DNA from: an uncultured Actinomycetes bacterium
Lineage (GTDB): Bacteria > Actinomycetota > Thermoleophilia > Gaiellales > Gaiellaceae
Assembly: GCA_963737565.1 (NCBI GenBank)
Contig: CAVTTF010000013.1
Location: forward strand, 112,281 to 176,280
Direction of reading: 5' to 3'
Length of the DNA: 64,000 bases
The position numbers and the translations under genes were made by a program. This document shows positions 8,855-18,438 of this stretch, one piece after another. Below the pieces are notes generated by a model. That model saw only the letters and a list, made by a program, of their open reading frames with translations, searched no databases and was not told where the DNA came from. Each line of letters starts with the position of its first letter. The first letter of the stretch is position 1.

Positions 8855-9988
8855 TCAGTGCGTGCTGGAGCCTTTCGGATTGCCGACCTTGAGCAGTCCG
8901 ACCTGACCGAGGTCGACGTCCGCAAAGGCGTGCGAGACGAAGGGATAAAGCCCCTCGTCGTTGATCCTGACGTCGAAGACCGCGCCCCCGCCGGCCGGGA
9001 CGACGACTGTCTGGACGCCCTGCTGCGGCGGGCTCGTGAGGTCGGAGTTGGGCCAGGCGCGGTCGAAAATCGTGCCGACGATGTGAAAGTTGACGTTGTT
9101 GGTCGGCCCTGCCGCGACGACCCAGAAGCGCGTGGTCTCCCCCAGCTTCGCGGTCAGCGGATGCGTGACGTACTGGTTGGCGTATCCGTTGAAGGTGACC
9201 CAGTCGGACATCCTCGCGCGCGCCTTCGCCATGTCGAGCGACGCCGGCTCCTTGATGCCGTCGCCATTCATGTACCACTCGCTTCCGACCAGGACGTACT
9301 CGTTGTCGACCTTCGGCATGCCCTCCTTCGGCTGGACGACGATCGCCCCGTACATGCCGTTGGCGATGTGCGCGAGCACCGGCTTCGTGCCGCAGTGGTA
9401 CATGTAGACGCCAGGATCATTTGCCTTGAAGCGGAAGGTGAACGACTCGCCTGGCATCGCATCGCGGAAGGCGCGGTCGGGGGCGATGCGCGCGGCATGG
9501 AAGTCGATCGAGTGCGGAATCGAGCCGCCGTTCGTGAGTGTCATCTCGACCGTTTGACCTTGACGGACATGGATGATCGGCCCGGGAGCGCCGTGGCCGT
9601 CGAAGGCCCAGGTGTTGTACTGGACGCCCGGCGCGATCTCGACGGTCATGTCCTTGAGCGTCATCTGCACCTTGACCAGGTCGCCGGGGGAAGCTGCGGG
9701 CAGACTCGCGTCGTAGGCAGCGTGGGCCTCAGCGAGCGCTTTCGCGTTCTCGGGAACGACGCCGGCAAAGCTGTTCAACGGCAGGGCGGTGTTGGGGTCG
9801 GTCGAATGGCTTTGCGTCGCCGCAGCGGACGTTGAATCGCGCGCGTCACGGGCGTCGGCCCACATCATCAGGGCGAAGAAGCCGACGACTGCGACGAGCA
9901 GTCCGAGCAGCAGCGCGGCGACCTTGTAGAACGCGGCGGACTCTGTCTCGACGGGTCTGGGATACGCGGCGGCGCGACGTGAGGCCAT
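8855..9988 (-). CDS. nirK: Copper-containing nitrite reductase-like two-domain multicopper protein with N-terminal TM anchor
   Basis: HSIDFH, YMYHCG..AHIANGM, NFHIVG and YPFVSH motifs; RBS GAAGGAG. Confidence 0.75.
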   Translation of the reverse strand: MASRRAAAYPRPVETESAAFYKVAALLLGLLVAVVGFFALMMWADARDARDSTSAAATQSHSTDPNTALPLNSFAGVVPENAKALAEAHAAYDASLPAASPGDLVKVQMTLKDMTVEIAPGVQYNTWAFDGHGAPGPIIHVRQGQTVEMTLTNGGSIPHSIDFHAARIAPDRAFRDAMPGESFTFRFKANDPGVYMYHCGTKPVLAHIANGMYGAIVVQPKEGMPKVDNEYVLVGSEWYMNGDGIKEPASLDMAKARARMSDWVTFNGYANQYVTHPLTAKLGETTRFWVVAAGPTNNVNFHIVGTIFDRAWPNSDLTSPPQQGVQTVVVPAGGGAVFDVRINDEGLYPFVSHAFADVDLGQVGLLKVGNPKGSSTH

Positions 9989-10162
9989 GTAGTTCTCTCC
10001 TTCGATGGGTGTAGTTCGAAGGTAACACGTTCGCTCGGCCGGGACGCCCTGACGTGTCCGCAGGTCTGGGGGGATATCACCGCACACTTCCTCCGGCTTT
10101 CCCGCAACTGAGGGGCCGGTGGCGACTTGACTTTCGGCTTGTCGACCGTAGCCTTGTTCTCG

Positions 10163-11109
10163 ATGCACGGCGCCGACGAGCCCCGCCCGCCCGTTGATCA
10201 GTTTGTCGTGCGCCCGTTTCCGGGCTAGCCGGCGCCCGGGACCCGCTCGCGCCGGCTAGCGAACTCACAGCGAGGGACCAGGGGCCGGTCTCGGTCGTCT
10301 ATCCCGGCCGCGAGGGGGCGCACTCCGCTGCGGCCTGCGAAGCGCTCTTCCCGCAGAACGCCACGATCACGCCCACCCCGGGGTTTCGCGCCGTCGCCCG
10401 GGCCGTCAGCGAGGGGGAGGCCGACTTCGGGGTCCTGCCGATCGAGAACTCACTCGTCGGTCCCGTCGCCGAGACCCACGACCTGCTCTTCGAGCTCCTG
10501 CTTTCCGTCGTCGCCGAGACGATCCTTCCCGTCGACCATCACCTCGTGGGACTGCGACCGATCGAGCACGAGGAGATCCGCGTCGTCCACTCGCACCCGG
10601 TCGCGCTCGACCAGTGCCGGCGGCTGCTCGACACGCTCCCGCACGCGACTGCCGTCGCGGCCCCGACCACGGCGGACGCGGCACGCCACGTGGCAGAGAG
10701 CGGCGATCCGACGCACGTCGCGATCGCAAGCGAACGCGCCGCCCGGCTACACGGGCTGGCGGTGCTCGCCGAAAACGTCGGCGACCACCCCGAGGCGTAC
10801 ACGCGGTTCGTCTCGATCGCGACCTACACCAGGCTCGACGGCGACGGCGTGCCGTTTCGCACGGCGCTCTCGTTCGTGACCGACCACCGGCCCGGTGCGC
10901 TCAACCGGGCGATCGAGCCGTTCGCGCGGTTCGACATCGACCTGATCCAGCTCGTCTCGAGACCGATCCCGCAGACGCCGTGGCGCTACCGCTTCGACGC
11001 GGTCCTCTCCGGTCACCCGCTCGACCCCACGGTGCGCCGCGCGCTGCAGGAGGTGGGAAGTCGCACCCGGCTCCTACGCGTGCTCGGCTCGTATCCGGCC
11101 GCGTCCTAG
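10163..11109 (+). CDS. pheA: Prephenate dehydratase (5' end apparently frameshifted)
   Basis: YPGREGAHS, GVLPIENS, SHPVALDQC, YTRF and ACT domain (HRPGAL, SRP). The conserved frame is open from ~10200; TAGCCT precedes ATG 10163. Confidence 0.85.
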
Positions 11110-11180
11110 CCGGCGCGAAGCTCGAGTTCCACGCCGCGCGGACGGCTCGTCATTGGTCGCCTGTTCGACCTGCGACGCCC

Positions 11181-12008
11181 TCACCGGTGCGGCGCGAACG
11201 GTCGGAGCTCGTCGGCGCCCGGCTGGATGATCCCGACGTGGGACTCGGGCACTTCGTTCCAGGCGCCCTCGAGGTCGCCGAGAGGCTCGGACACGACGAC
11301 TCGCGTCTCGTCTGACAGCCCGGCGAGCTCCTCGATCTCGGGATAGAGGGACTTGAGGGCATCCATCCGGGTGCTGAAGTAGAGCGACCGCGATTCGCCC
11401 TCGCTCGAGTAGCGGAACGCGTAGACGCTGCGCCCGTCTGACGTCCCGATCGTCATCTGGAGGGGATGCTCGACGCCGTGCCGGCGCCCGGTCTCTTCGA
11501 CGAAGCCCACCATCTTCTCGACTGCACCGACGGGGTCGCTTTCGAGCCCGAAGGTGAGGGCGAGGTAGAACATCGTCTCCGAGTCGGTGGTGCCCTCGAT
11601 CGAGGCGAAGAGCGATTCGTCGACCGCGAGCACGAGCTCACGCCGGAGCCGCGGGAACTCTCGGATCAGACCGTTGTGCATCCACAGCCAGCGCCCGTAC
11701 CGGAAGGGGTGCGCGTTGGTCTCCTGGATCGCCGTCCCCGTCGACGCACGGATGTGGGCGAGGAAGAGGTGCGATGAGATCCCGGCGGCGAGCTCGCGCA
11801 GGTTCCGGTCGTTCCACGCCGGATGGACGCTCCGGTAGAGCCGCGGCGTGTCGCCATCGTCGTACCAGCCGACGCCGAAGCCGTCACCGTTCGTCGTCGT
11901 CGCGCCCAACCTCGAATGCAGGCTCTGGTCGATCAGCGAGCGGTCGCGCTTGAGCAGCAGCTCCTCGAGCCGGATCGGCGACCCCGAATACGCGAGCCAA
12001 CGGCACAT
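11181..12008 (-). CDS. Class II glutamine amidotransferase / Ntn hydrolase (EgtC-like family)
   Basis: N-terminal MCRW, NGDGFGVGW, AHIRAST, NAHPF, HNG, GTTDSE. Confidence 0.9.
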   Translation of the reverse strand: MCRWLAYSGSPIRLEELLLKRDRSLIDQSLHSRLGATTTNGDGFGVGWYDDGDTPRLYRSVHPAWNDRNLRELAAGISSHLFLAHIRASTGTAIQETNAHPFRYGRWLWMHNGLIREFPRLRRELVLAVDESLFASIEGTTDSETMFYLALTFGLESDPVGAVEKMVGFVEETGRRHGVEHPLQMTIGTSDGRSVYAFRYSSEGESRSLYFSTRMDALKSLYPEIEELAGLSDETRVVVSEPLGDLEGAWNEVPESHVGIIQPGADELRPFAPHR

Positions 12009-12076
12009 CTTCTACCTCCTCTCCGCCGCAGCCGGAGGCCTCGACGGGATCGTCTGTGTGGTGGTCTCGACCGTGT

Positions 12077-13387
12077 TCACGAGGATGAGGCTCCGGCGAC
12101 TCCAGCGGTGCGCGGCGCAACCTGCGTGAAACGGCGTGGCAGGACCACCGTGGAGACCATCAGGCCGTAGGCGATCGACATCGCCGTCAAAAAGGTGTCG
12201 AACCCCGCGTTGATACCACTGACCGCCTGGTCGTTGAAAAGCTGAACGATGCTGTTGAAGCCCGCGCTGCCGGGCACGAGCATGAGCACGCCGGGAACGA
12301 TGAAGACGAGGGGCGAGCGCCGAAGCAACCAGCCGGCGAGGCCGCCGGCGACGCCGACCGTGAGTGTGGCGACGAACACGGCAGCCTCACTGCCGAAGAC
12401 TGCGGTCGCGAGCTCGTTCGCGCCGAGCGCGAGGACAGTCGCGCAGCACATGAAGAGCGCATCTCGAGAACGAGCCCGTAGCGTGAGCGAGAATGCGAAC
12501 CCGGCCGCGACGGCGGCCAGGAGCTGGACGCCGACGAAGACCTGCTGCGGGGTCGCGGCGTCGACCTCTCCGAACCAGCTCGCCGCGACCGATCGGCCGA
12601 TCCCGACGCCGAAGGCGAGCCCGAGGAGCTGGACGAGCGCGCTGGCGGTGTTCGCGACGCCGGACTGGAGGTGCTGCGTCGCGAGCTCGCGCATGCCGGT
12701 CGTCAGCGTCATCCCGGGCAGGAAGGTGACGATGGCCGCGAGCGTGACGATGTTCGGCGCCGCGTCGAGGCCGAGCCGGCTCAGCGCTGCGGCGCAGAAG
12801 CTGGCCGCGATCGCCGCGACCGGAGCGATCATCGGCTCGAGGCGAGCCGCTCGTGCGGCCGGCAGCGCGATCGCCCCGACGACGAGACCTACCCCAGCTG
12901 CGGCTACGGCCTCGTGCCATCCGCCGCCGAGCACCGGCGTCAGCGCCGCTCCCGCGATTGAGTAGGCGGCGAGCATCGTCGGCCATTTCCGGTCGAGCGG
13001 CGTGGCCTGGATGTCCGCGAGCGCCGCGAGCGCCTGCTCGGGACCGAGTGGATCGTCGAGCACGGCCTGGACGAGGTCGTCCAGGCGGGCGATCGCGTCC
13101 AGGTCGACGGTCGTCGGCTGGACACGCAGCGTGTGGGTTCGCTGGTTCGGAAGCGACCCGAGAGAGACCTCGACGACGGTCGGGGTCGCGAAGACCTGCG
13201 CCTCTCCGAGCCCGAGCGAGGACGCGAGCGCGAGAATGCGCTCCTCCAGCTCAGCGGTCGGGTAGCCGGCCCGGTGTGCGACACGCGTGAAGCGCAGCAG
13301 GAACTCGGCGGCGGTCGCGTTGGCCGTCGGCGGCTCGCTGTGCGCGTCGCCGCGGTGCGGGGGGTCGACGATCCGCCGCCCGGGCAA
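12077..13387 (-). CDS. ThrE-family threonine/serine exporter-like membrane protein
   Basis: Soluble N-terminal part (VFATPT...VDLDAIARL) then ~10 TM segments with LPGMTLT and LVPGS motifs; start uncertain. Confidence 0.8.
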   Translation of the reverse strand: MPGRRIVDPPHRGDAHSEPPTANATAAEFLLRFTRVAHRAGYPTAELEERILALASSLGLGEAQVFATPTVVEVSLGSLPNQRTHTLRVQPTTVDLDAIARLDDLVQAVLDDPLGPEQALAALADIQATPLDRKWPTMLAAYSIAGAALTPVLGGGWHEAVAAAGVGLVVGAIALPAARAARLEPMIAPVAAIAASFCAAALSRLGLDAAPNIVTLAAIVTFLPGMTLTTGMRELATQHLQSGVANTASALVQLLGLAFGVGIGRSVAASWFGEVDAATPQQVFVGVQLLAAVAAGFAFSLTLRARSRDALFMCCATVLALGANELATAVFGSEAAVFVATLTVGVAGGLAGWLLRRSPLVFIVPGVLMLVPGSAGFNSIVQLFNDQAVSGINAGFDTFLTAMSIAYGLMVSTVVLPRRFTQVAPRTAGVAGASSS

Positions 13388-13488
13388 GGCGCCTATCCCC
13401 CTATGCCTGGTCGGGCGGAGTGGACGGCGCTGGAAGCACTGGGACGCCACTCGCTTCTTGCCGACCGTCCGACCAGCAGCACACCGCC

Positions 13489-14772
13489 CTAGACCGTTCC
13501 GATGGCGTCGTCGGGCAGCGGCCCCCGCGCGCGCTTCCAGACGAAATCGAGCACCACCGCGAGTACGGCGATGGCAACGATCGCCGCGAAGGTCTCGGGT
13601 GCGTTGCGAATCGTGTCGATCGCGAAGAAGACGAGGACGATCGCCGTGGCCGCGATCCCGAGCAGGATGATCGGCGCGCGTGAGCCGGTCTCGTGCCGTA
13701 GCTTGAAGGCGGACACGCCGACGAGCAGGAAGATCAGGAGTGAGCACGCGCTGCCGACCGATGCGATCGCCGAGAGGTCGACCAGGTTCGAGACGACGAG
13801 GACGATCGCGGCGGTGACCAGCAGGCCGGCGGGCCCGAGTCGGGTCTCACGCCCGAACAACGAGGGGAACTGCCCGACCTGGGCGAGCATCGAGGTCAAT
13901 CCGCCCGAGGCGTACAGGGTCGCGTTCACCGAGGACGAGGTCGCGAGTAGCGCGGCGATCGCCATCATCGTGAAGCCGGCATCTCCGAGTGCGGGGCGGG
14001 CCGCCTCGGCGATCGCGGTCTCGCCGTATCCGACGACCTCATCGACGGTCAGGGTTCCGAAGACGCCGAGCGCGATCAGGACGTAGAGCACCGACGTCAC
14101 GCCGAGCGCGAGATACATCGCCCTCGGCAGGTCGCGGGTGGGGTCACGCAGATCGCCGACGGCGAACGTGATCACGCTGAACCCGAGGTAGGCGAAGAAC
14201 GTCAACGCGACGCTCGCGACGATGTCGGAGAACGACGGGTAGCCGCTGAACGCGAGCAGGTCGAAGTCGATGTCGACGATGGTGACCGCGATGAACACCG
14301 CGAAGACCGCGAGCAGCACGACCACGATCAGCGACTGCGCGCGGTCGACGAAGCGGGCGCCGATGACGTTGATCGCCACCATGCCCAGCACGACGGCCGT
14401 CGTGAAGAGGTTGTCCCACCAACCGGCCGCGTCGTCGCCGACGAAGAGCGAGGTCGCGTAGCTGCCGAACGAGACCGCGACCATCGAGCAGACGATCACG
14501 ATGGCGGCGAAGTAGCCGAGCCAGGAGGCGACGCCGACGAGCCGTCCGTTCCCGAACCCCTGGAGCAGGTAGGCGATCAGCCCGCCCGACGACGGGTAGC
14601 GCACGCCGAGCTTGACCACCGTGTAGCCGAGCAGGGCGGAGACGACGCCCGCGAGCAGGAACGACAGCCACACGGCCGCGCCCGCAACGGCGCCGGCCTC
14701 GCCGAGCAGCGCGAAGATCCCGGCGCCGACCATCGCCCCGATGCCGAGGAAGGCGGCGCCGCGGACGCTCAT
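13489..14772 (-). CDS. APC family amino acid permease
   Basis: GIGAMVGAGIF, YPSSGG, FFAYLGF; about 12 TM segments. Confidence 0.9.
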   Translation of the reverse strand: MSVRGAAFLGIGAMVGAGIFALLGEAGAVAGAAVWLSFLLAGVVSALLGYTVVKLGVRYPSSGGLIAYLLQGFGNGRLVGVASWLGYFAAIVIVCSMVAVSFGSYATSLFVGDDAAGWWDNLFTTAVVLGMVAINVIGARFVDRAQSLIVVVLLAVFAVFIAVTIVDIDFDLLAFSGYPSFSDIVASVALTFFAYLGFSVITFAVGDLRDPTRDLPRAMYLALGVTSVLYVLIALGVFGTLTVDEVVGYGETAIAEAARPALGDAGFTMMAIAALLATSSSVNATLYASGGLTSMLAQVGQFPSLFGRETRLGPAGLLVTAAIVLVVSNLVDLSAIASVGSACSLLIFLLVGVSAFKLRHETGSRAPIILLGIAATAIVLVFFAIDTIRNAPETFAAIVAIAVLAVVLDFVWKRARGPLPDDAIGTV

Positions 14773-14773
14773 G

Positions 14774-16153
14774 TCACGGTGTCGCCGGCGGCGCCGGCGG
14801 CGCCGGCGTGTGGCCACCGAAGAACAGCCACACGATCGCGACGCCGACGAGCGCGGTCACGATCCAGACGACCTGCAATGGCAGCTGGAAGGAGTGATCG
14901 ACGACGCGCTTGCCAAGGGTCGTGGTGCCGGTGGTGTCGGCTTCGGCCGCCGCGATCTGCGTCCCGTTGGCCGGCAGGAAGATCACGCCGACAACGGCCG
15001 TCCACATGGCGATCATGTAGCCGGCCCCGATCCCGAGTGCCAGGCCGAGCGGAATCATGGTCCGGGTCGCGGCTGACTGGCTCGTCGTCAGCGCCGCGAC
15101 GGCGAAGATCGCGATCGCGATCGTGAACGGCCAGTTCTCGGCCAGGCCCCCGAGGAGCTCGACGATCGCGTCCTCGTTGTTCGCGATGAAGGTGTCGGCC
15201 ATCCAGGCGATGCCGAAGAGCGCGATCATCGCGACCATCCCCGACCTGAAGATGTCCGTGACAGGAATCGCCGCCGCCTTGACGTGGCAGAAGATCATGA
15301 TCAACGCGGCCGCGGCGAGCATGAACATCTGGATGAGCGGCGTGATGGACATCGGCTCGACGCCGCCGCCCTCGGCGGCGACCGTGGGCCGTAGCTCCTC
15401 CCAGAGCCCGAAGACGCAGATCGCGAGGACGCCGGCGAGGAAGATGGCGACGCTGCGCTTGGCGTAGGGCTGGAGCACGATGTCGGCTGGAGGGGCGGGC
15501 GGCTGCACCTCGCCGCTCGCCAGCCGGCGCTGGTACTCCTCGTCGTCGTCGAGGTCCTTGCCGTGCCGGCTCATCACGAGCGCCATCGCGAAGATCCCGA
15601 CGATGCTCGCCGGGATCGTGATCATGAGCACGTCGACGAGGTCGTAGCCGAACGGCTCCACCAGCGGAAGAAGGGTCGCGGTGGCGGCCGCGACGGGGCT
15701 CGAGGTGATCCCGACCGTGGAGGCGGCGGTAGATCCCGCGAGCGCCCGCTCGGGCCGGATCTTGTTCGCATACGCGATCTCGTTGATCACCGGGATGATC
15801 GAGAAGAAGGTGTTGCCCGTTCCGGTGAGGATCGTGAGCAGGTAGGAGACGTAGGGAGCGATGAAGTTGAGCGCCTTCGGCCTCGCGCGGAGCGCCGCGC
15901 TGGCGACCTTGACCATGTAGTCGATGCCGCCCGCCGCCTGCATCGCCGCCGCCGCGGAGATGACCGCGATGATGATCAGCATCGCGCTCGTGGGTGGCTC
16001 GCCGGGATCGAGCCCGAACACGAAGACGAGGACGAGCGTGCCGACGCCGCCCCAGAGCCCGAGCCCGATACCACCTGAACGGACTCCGAGAGCGATGAAG
16101 CCCATGACGACGAGGCCCTGTACGGCGACGAGGATCCAGTCCATGGTCGTCAT
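14774..16153 (-). CDS. Anaerobic C4-dicarboxylate transporter, DcuA/DcuB family
   Basis: RSGGIGLG, AAMQAAGGIDYMV, GTG, IRPERALA, SQSAAT, DTTGTT..HSF motifs. Confidence 0.85.
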   Translation of the reverse strand: MTTMDWILVAVQGLVVMGFIALGVRSGGIGLGLWGGVGTLVLVFVFGLDPGEPPTSAMLIIIAVISAAAAMQAAGGIDYMVKVASAALRARPKALNFIAPYVSYLLTILTGTGNTFFSIIPVINEIAYANKIRPERALAGSTAASTVGITSSPVAAATATLLPLVEPFGYDLVDVLMITIPASIVGIFAMALVMSRHGKDLDDDEEYQRRLASGEVQPPAPPADIVLQPYAKRSVAIFLAGVLAICVFGLWEELRPTVAAEGGGVEPMSITPLIQMFMLAAAALIMIFCHVKAAAIPVTDIFRSGMVAMIALFGIAWMADTFIANNEDAIVELLGGLAENWPFTIAIAIFAVAALTTSQSAATRTMIPLGLALGIGAGYMIAMWTAVVGVIFLPANGTQIAAAEADTTGTTTLGKRVVDHSFQLPLQVVWIVTALVGVAIVWLFFGGHTPAPPAPPATP

Positions 16154-16156
16154 CGC

Positions 16157-16768
16157 TTAGCTCGTCTCCTCTCGCAGTTGCTGACAGGTGCTCGACTCCT
16201 GCAGCGCACTCGCGAGCTCGGGGTCGAGCTGTGCGAGATCGGCGATGGTCTGCACTCCACTCCCCAGCGTGGACGCGATCGCTCCCGCCGCCTCGGTGAG
16301 CTGCTCGATCGACTCCTCGAGAGAGTCCGCTTCCTCGTCCAGCGAGTCCTGCGCGTCCTCGAGGTCCCCCAGCGCGGAATCGGCCCAATCGGAGACCAGT
16401 CCAGCAGCCTCGTCGCCTTGGGCGGTGTCCGGGATCCCGGCATTGTCGACGCCGTCGACCAGGGTCTCGGTCGCTTGAATGGCGCGCTCGAGCCCCTTGC
16501 GCACGAATCCCGTCCGGCTCTGTGGGGTCTCGGACTGCGGCTCCGCGCCCCCCGCGGTGCTGGATGCGTTCGGCGTCCGGATGTCCTCGACGATCGCCTC
16601 CATCTGACCGCGCCAGACGCCGACCGCGCCGCAGGTGCTCTGTGCCCACTCGCCGGCGGTGACGGTCTCGCCGCTCTCGTCACGGTTTCCGATCAGAGCG
16701 GTGACGCCGAGCACCAGCACGACACCGGCTGCAATGCCAATGATCCAGGTGAGCGGTCCGCGCCCCAC
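16157..16768 (-). CDS. Membrane-anchored hypothetical protein
   Basis: N-terminal TM, WAQSTC motif, helical acidic body, C-terminal Cys. Confidence 0.7.
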   Translation of the reverse strand: MGRGPLTWIIGIAAGVVLVLGVTALIGNRDESGETVTAGEWAQSTCGAVGVWRGQMEAIVEDIRTPNASSTAGGAEPQSETPQSRTGFVRKGLERAIQATETLVDGVDNAGIPDTAQGDEAAGLVSDWADSALGDLEDAQDSLDEEADSLEESIEQLTEAAGAIASTLGSGVQTIADLAQLDPELASALQESSTCQQLREETS

Positions 16769-16771
16769 GTC

Positions 16772-18250
16772 CTACGTCTTCCCCGGAGCGGACAGCTCGT
16801 CGACGACCGCGACCAGCAGCTGCCAGAAGCGCTCCACCGTAGGGATGCTCACCCGCTCGTCGGGCGAATGCGGAAACTCGATCTGAGGGCCGAACGAGAG
16901 CATGTCCAGGCCGGGCACCTTGGTGCCGATGACCGCGGTCTCCAGCCCGGCGTGCACCGCCGTCACGATCGGGGCCGCTCCGAAGCGGCGCTCGTACACG
17001 GTCTTTGCCGAGGCGAGAGCGCGCGAGTTCAGGTCTGGACGCCAGCCACCGTAGTTGGATTTGACCTCCAGCGTGCCACCGGCCATGCGTGCCGCAGCGT
17101 CGAGGGTGGCGATCACGTCTGGAAGCGCGGAGTCGTTCGACGAGCGTGAGAGGCTGTGCAGCGTCAGCTGGTCACCCTCCGTGATCGCCTCCCCGAGCGA
17201 CGTGCTCGTCTCGACGAGATCGTCGAAGTCCGGGCTCAGCGCGAGCGGCCCGGTCGGCACGAGAGCGACGGCATCGAGCAGCGAGGCGGTGCCGGCATCG
17301 GTCCATGGGTCCGCCGAGCCCTCGACGGCGGCGACGTCGATCGACACGGCGGCGTCCGTCTTCGCGAACGCATCGCGGATCGTTCCCGCGGCGGTCGCGA
17401 CCGCGTCCCGGAAAGCCTGCTCGCGGTCTCCTGCGACCGAGCAGACTGCGATCGCGTCGCGCGGGATCGCGTTGCGGCTCTTGCCGCCGTTGAGGGAGAC
17501 GAGCCGGAAGGGCACCGTCTCCAACGTCTCGCGCAGAGCGCGCCCGAGCACCTTGACCGCGTTCGACCGCCCCAGTGCGATCCCCGTCCCGGAGTGGCCG
17601 CCCTGCCCGCCGCTCACCGTGACGCCAAGGGTCACCGCTTCGCCGGCTGCCTGCTCCCGCGGCGCCTCGATCCGGATCCACGTGTCGGTGCTGCCGGCGC
17701 AGCCCACCGTCAGCTTCCCGTCCTCCTCGCTGTCGAGGTTGATCAGGATCGAGCCCGTCACGAGCGCGGGGTCGAGCGCGTTCGCGCCTTCGAGCCCCAC
17801 CTCCTCGGCCACTGTCATCAGCAGCTCGAGCGGCCCGTGCGGCAGCGACTCGTCTTCGACCAGCGCCATCATCGCCGCGATCGCGACGCCGTCGTCGGCG
17901 CCGAGCGTCGTCCCGTCGGCGGTCAGCCACTCGCCGTCGCGGACGAGCTCGATGCGGCCCTCCGCCGGGTCGTTGGGGCTCGAAGGATCGCGCTCGCAGA
18001 CGATGTCCAGGTGCCCCTGGAGCACCAGGGTCGGCGCGTTCTCGCGTCCAGAGGTCGCCGGGACGCGGATCACGAGGTTCCGGCCGGCGTCCTGCACGAG
18101 CTCGAAACCGTGCCGGTCGGCCCACTCGCGAACGTGCTCGATCGCGGGCTCCTCCAGGCGTGACGGTCGCGCGATTCTCGTCAGCGTCTCGAAGTGCGCC
18201 CAGAAGGAGCGAGGCTCGAGTCCCGTCAGAACCGATTCCTTCGTCGCCAT
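16772..18250 (-). CDS. pepD: Aminoacyl-histidine dipeptidase (M20C)
   Basis: LQGHLDIVC, TTLGADDG, EEVG, NLDSEE, GGHSG, HAGLE, HSPDE. Confidence 0.9.
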   Translation of the reverse strand: MATKESVLTGLEPRSFWAHFETLTRIARPSRLEEPAIEHVREWADRHGFELVQDAGRNLVIRVPATSGRENAPTLVLQGHLDIVCERDPSSPNDPAEGRIELVRDGEWLTADGTTLGADDGVAIAAMMALVEDESLPHGPLELLMTVAEEVGLEGANALDPALVTGSILINLDSEEDGKLTVGCAGSTDTWIRIEAPREQAAGEAVTLGVTVSGGQGGHSGTGIALGRSNAVKVLGRALRETLETVPFRLVSLNGGKSRNAIPRDAIAVCSVAGDREQAFRDAVATAAGTIRDAFAKTDAAVSIDVAAVEGSADPWTDAGTASLLDAVALVPTGPLALSPDFDDLVETSTSLGEAITEGDQLTLHSLSRSSNDSALPDVIATLDAAARMAGGTLEVKSNYGGWRPDLNSRALASAKTVYERRFGAAPIVTAVHAGLETAVIGTKVPGLDMLSFGPQIEFPHSPDERVSIPTVERFWQLLVAVVDELSAPGKT

Positions 18251-18438
18251 TCCGCCGCTCCTCGCCGACTGTCGAGCTAACGAGACCCCTTTGGTTTCCG
18301 CCCGGCGGCGCGATTCTAGGCAGACAAGTCGAAGCCACGGCAAGGACAACGGCGTTGCCTACCTCCGGACGGATCTCGTTGGCATGCGCCGGGGGTGCGC
18401 ACGAGCGCGTGTGGCGCAGGACGTCGAGGTAGCTGGGT

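Noticed and set aside
14773-14817. Poly-Arg N-terminus (MATRRRRRRRRR) on the APC permease
   Set aside because: It is an alternate-frame reading of the Pro/Ala tail of the upstream Dcu gene; ATG 14772 is the better start.
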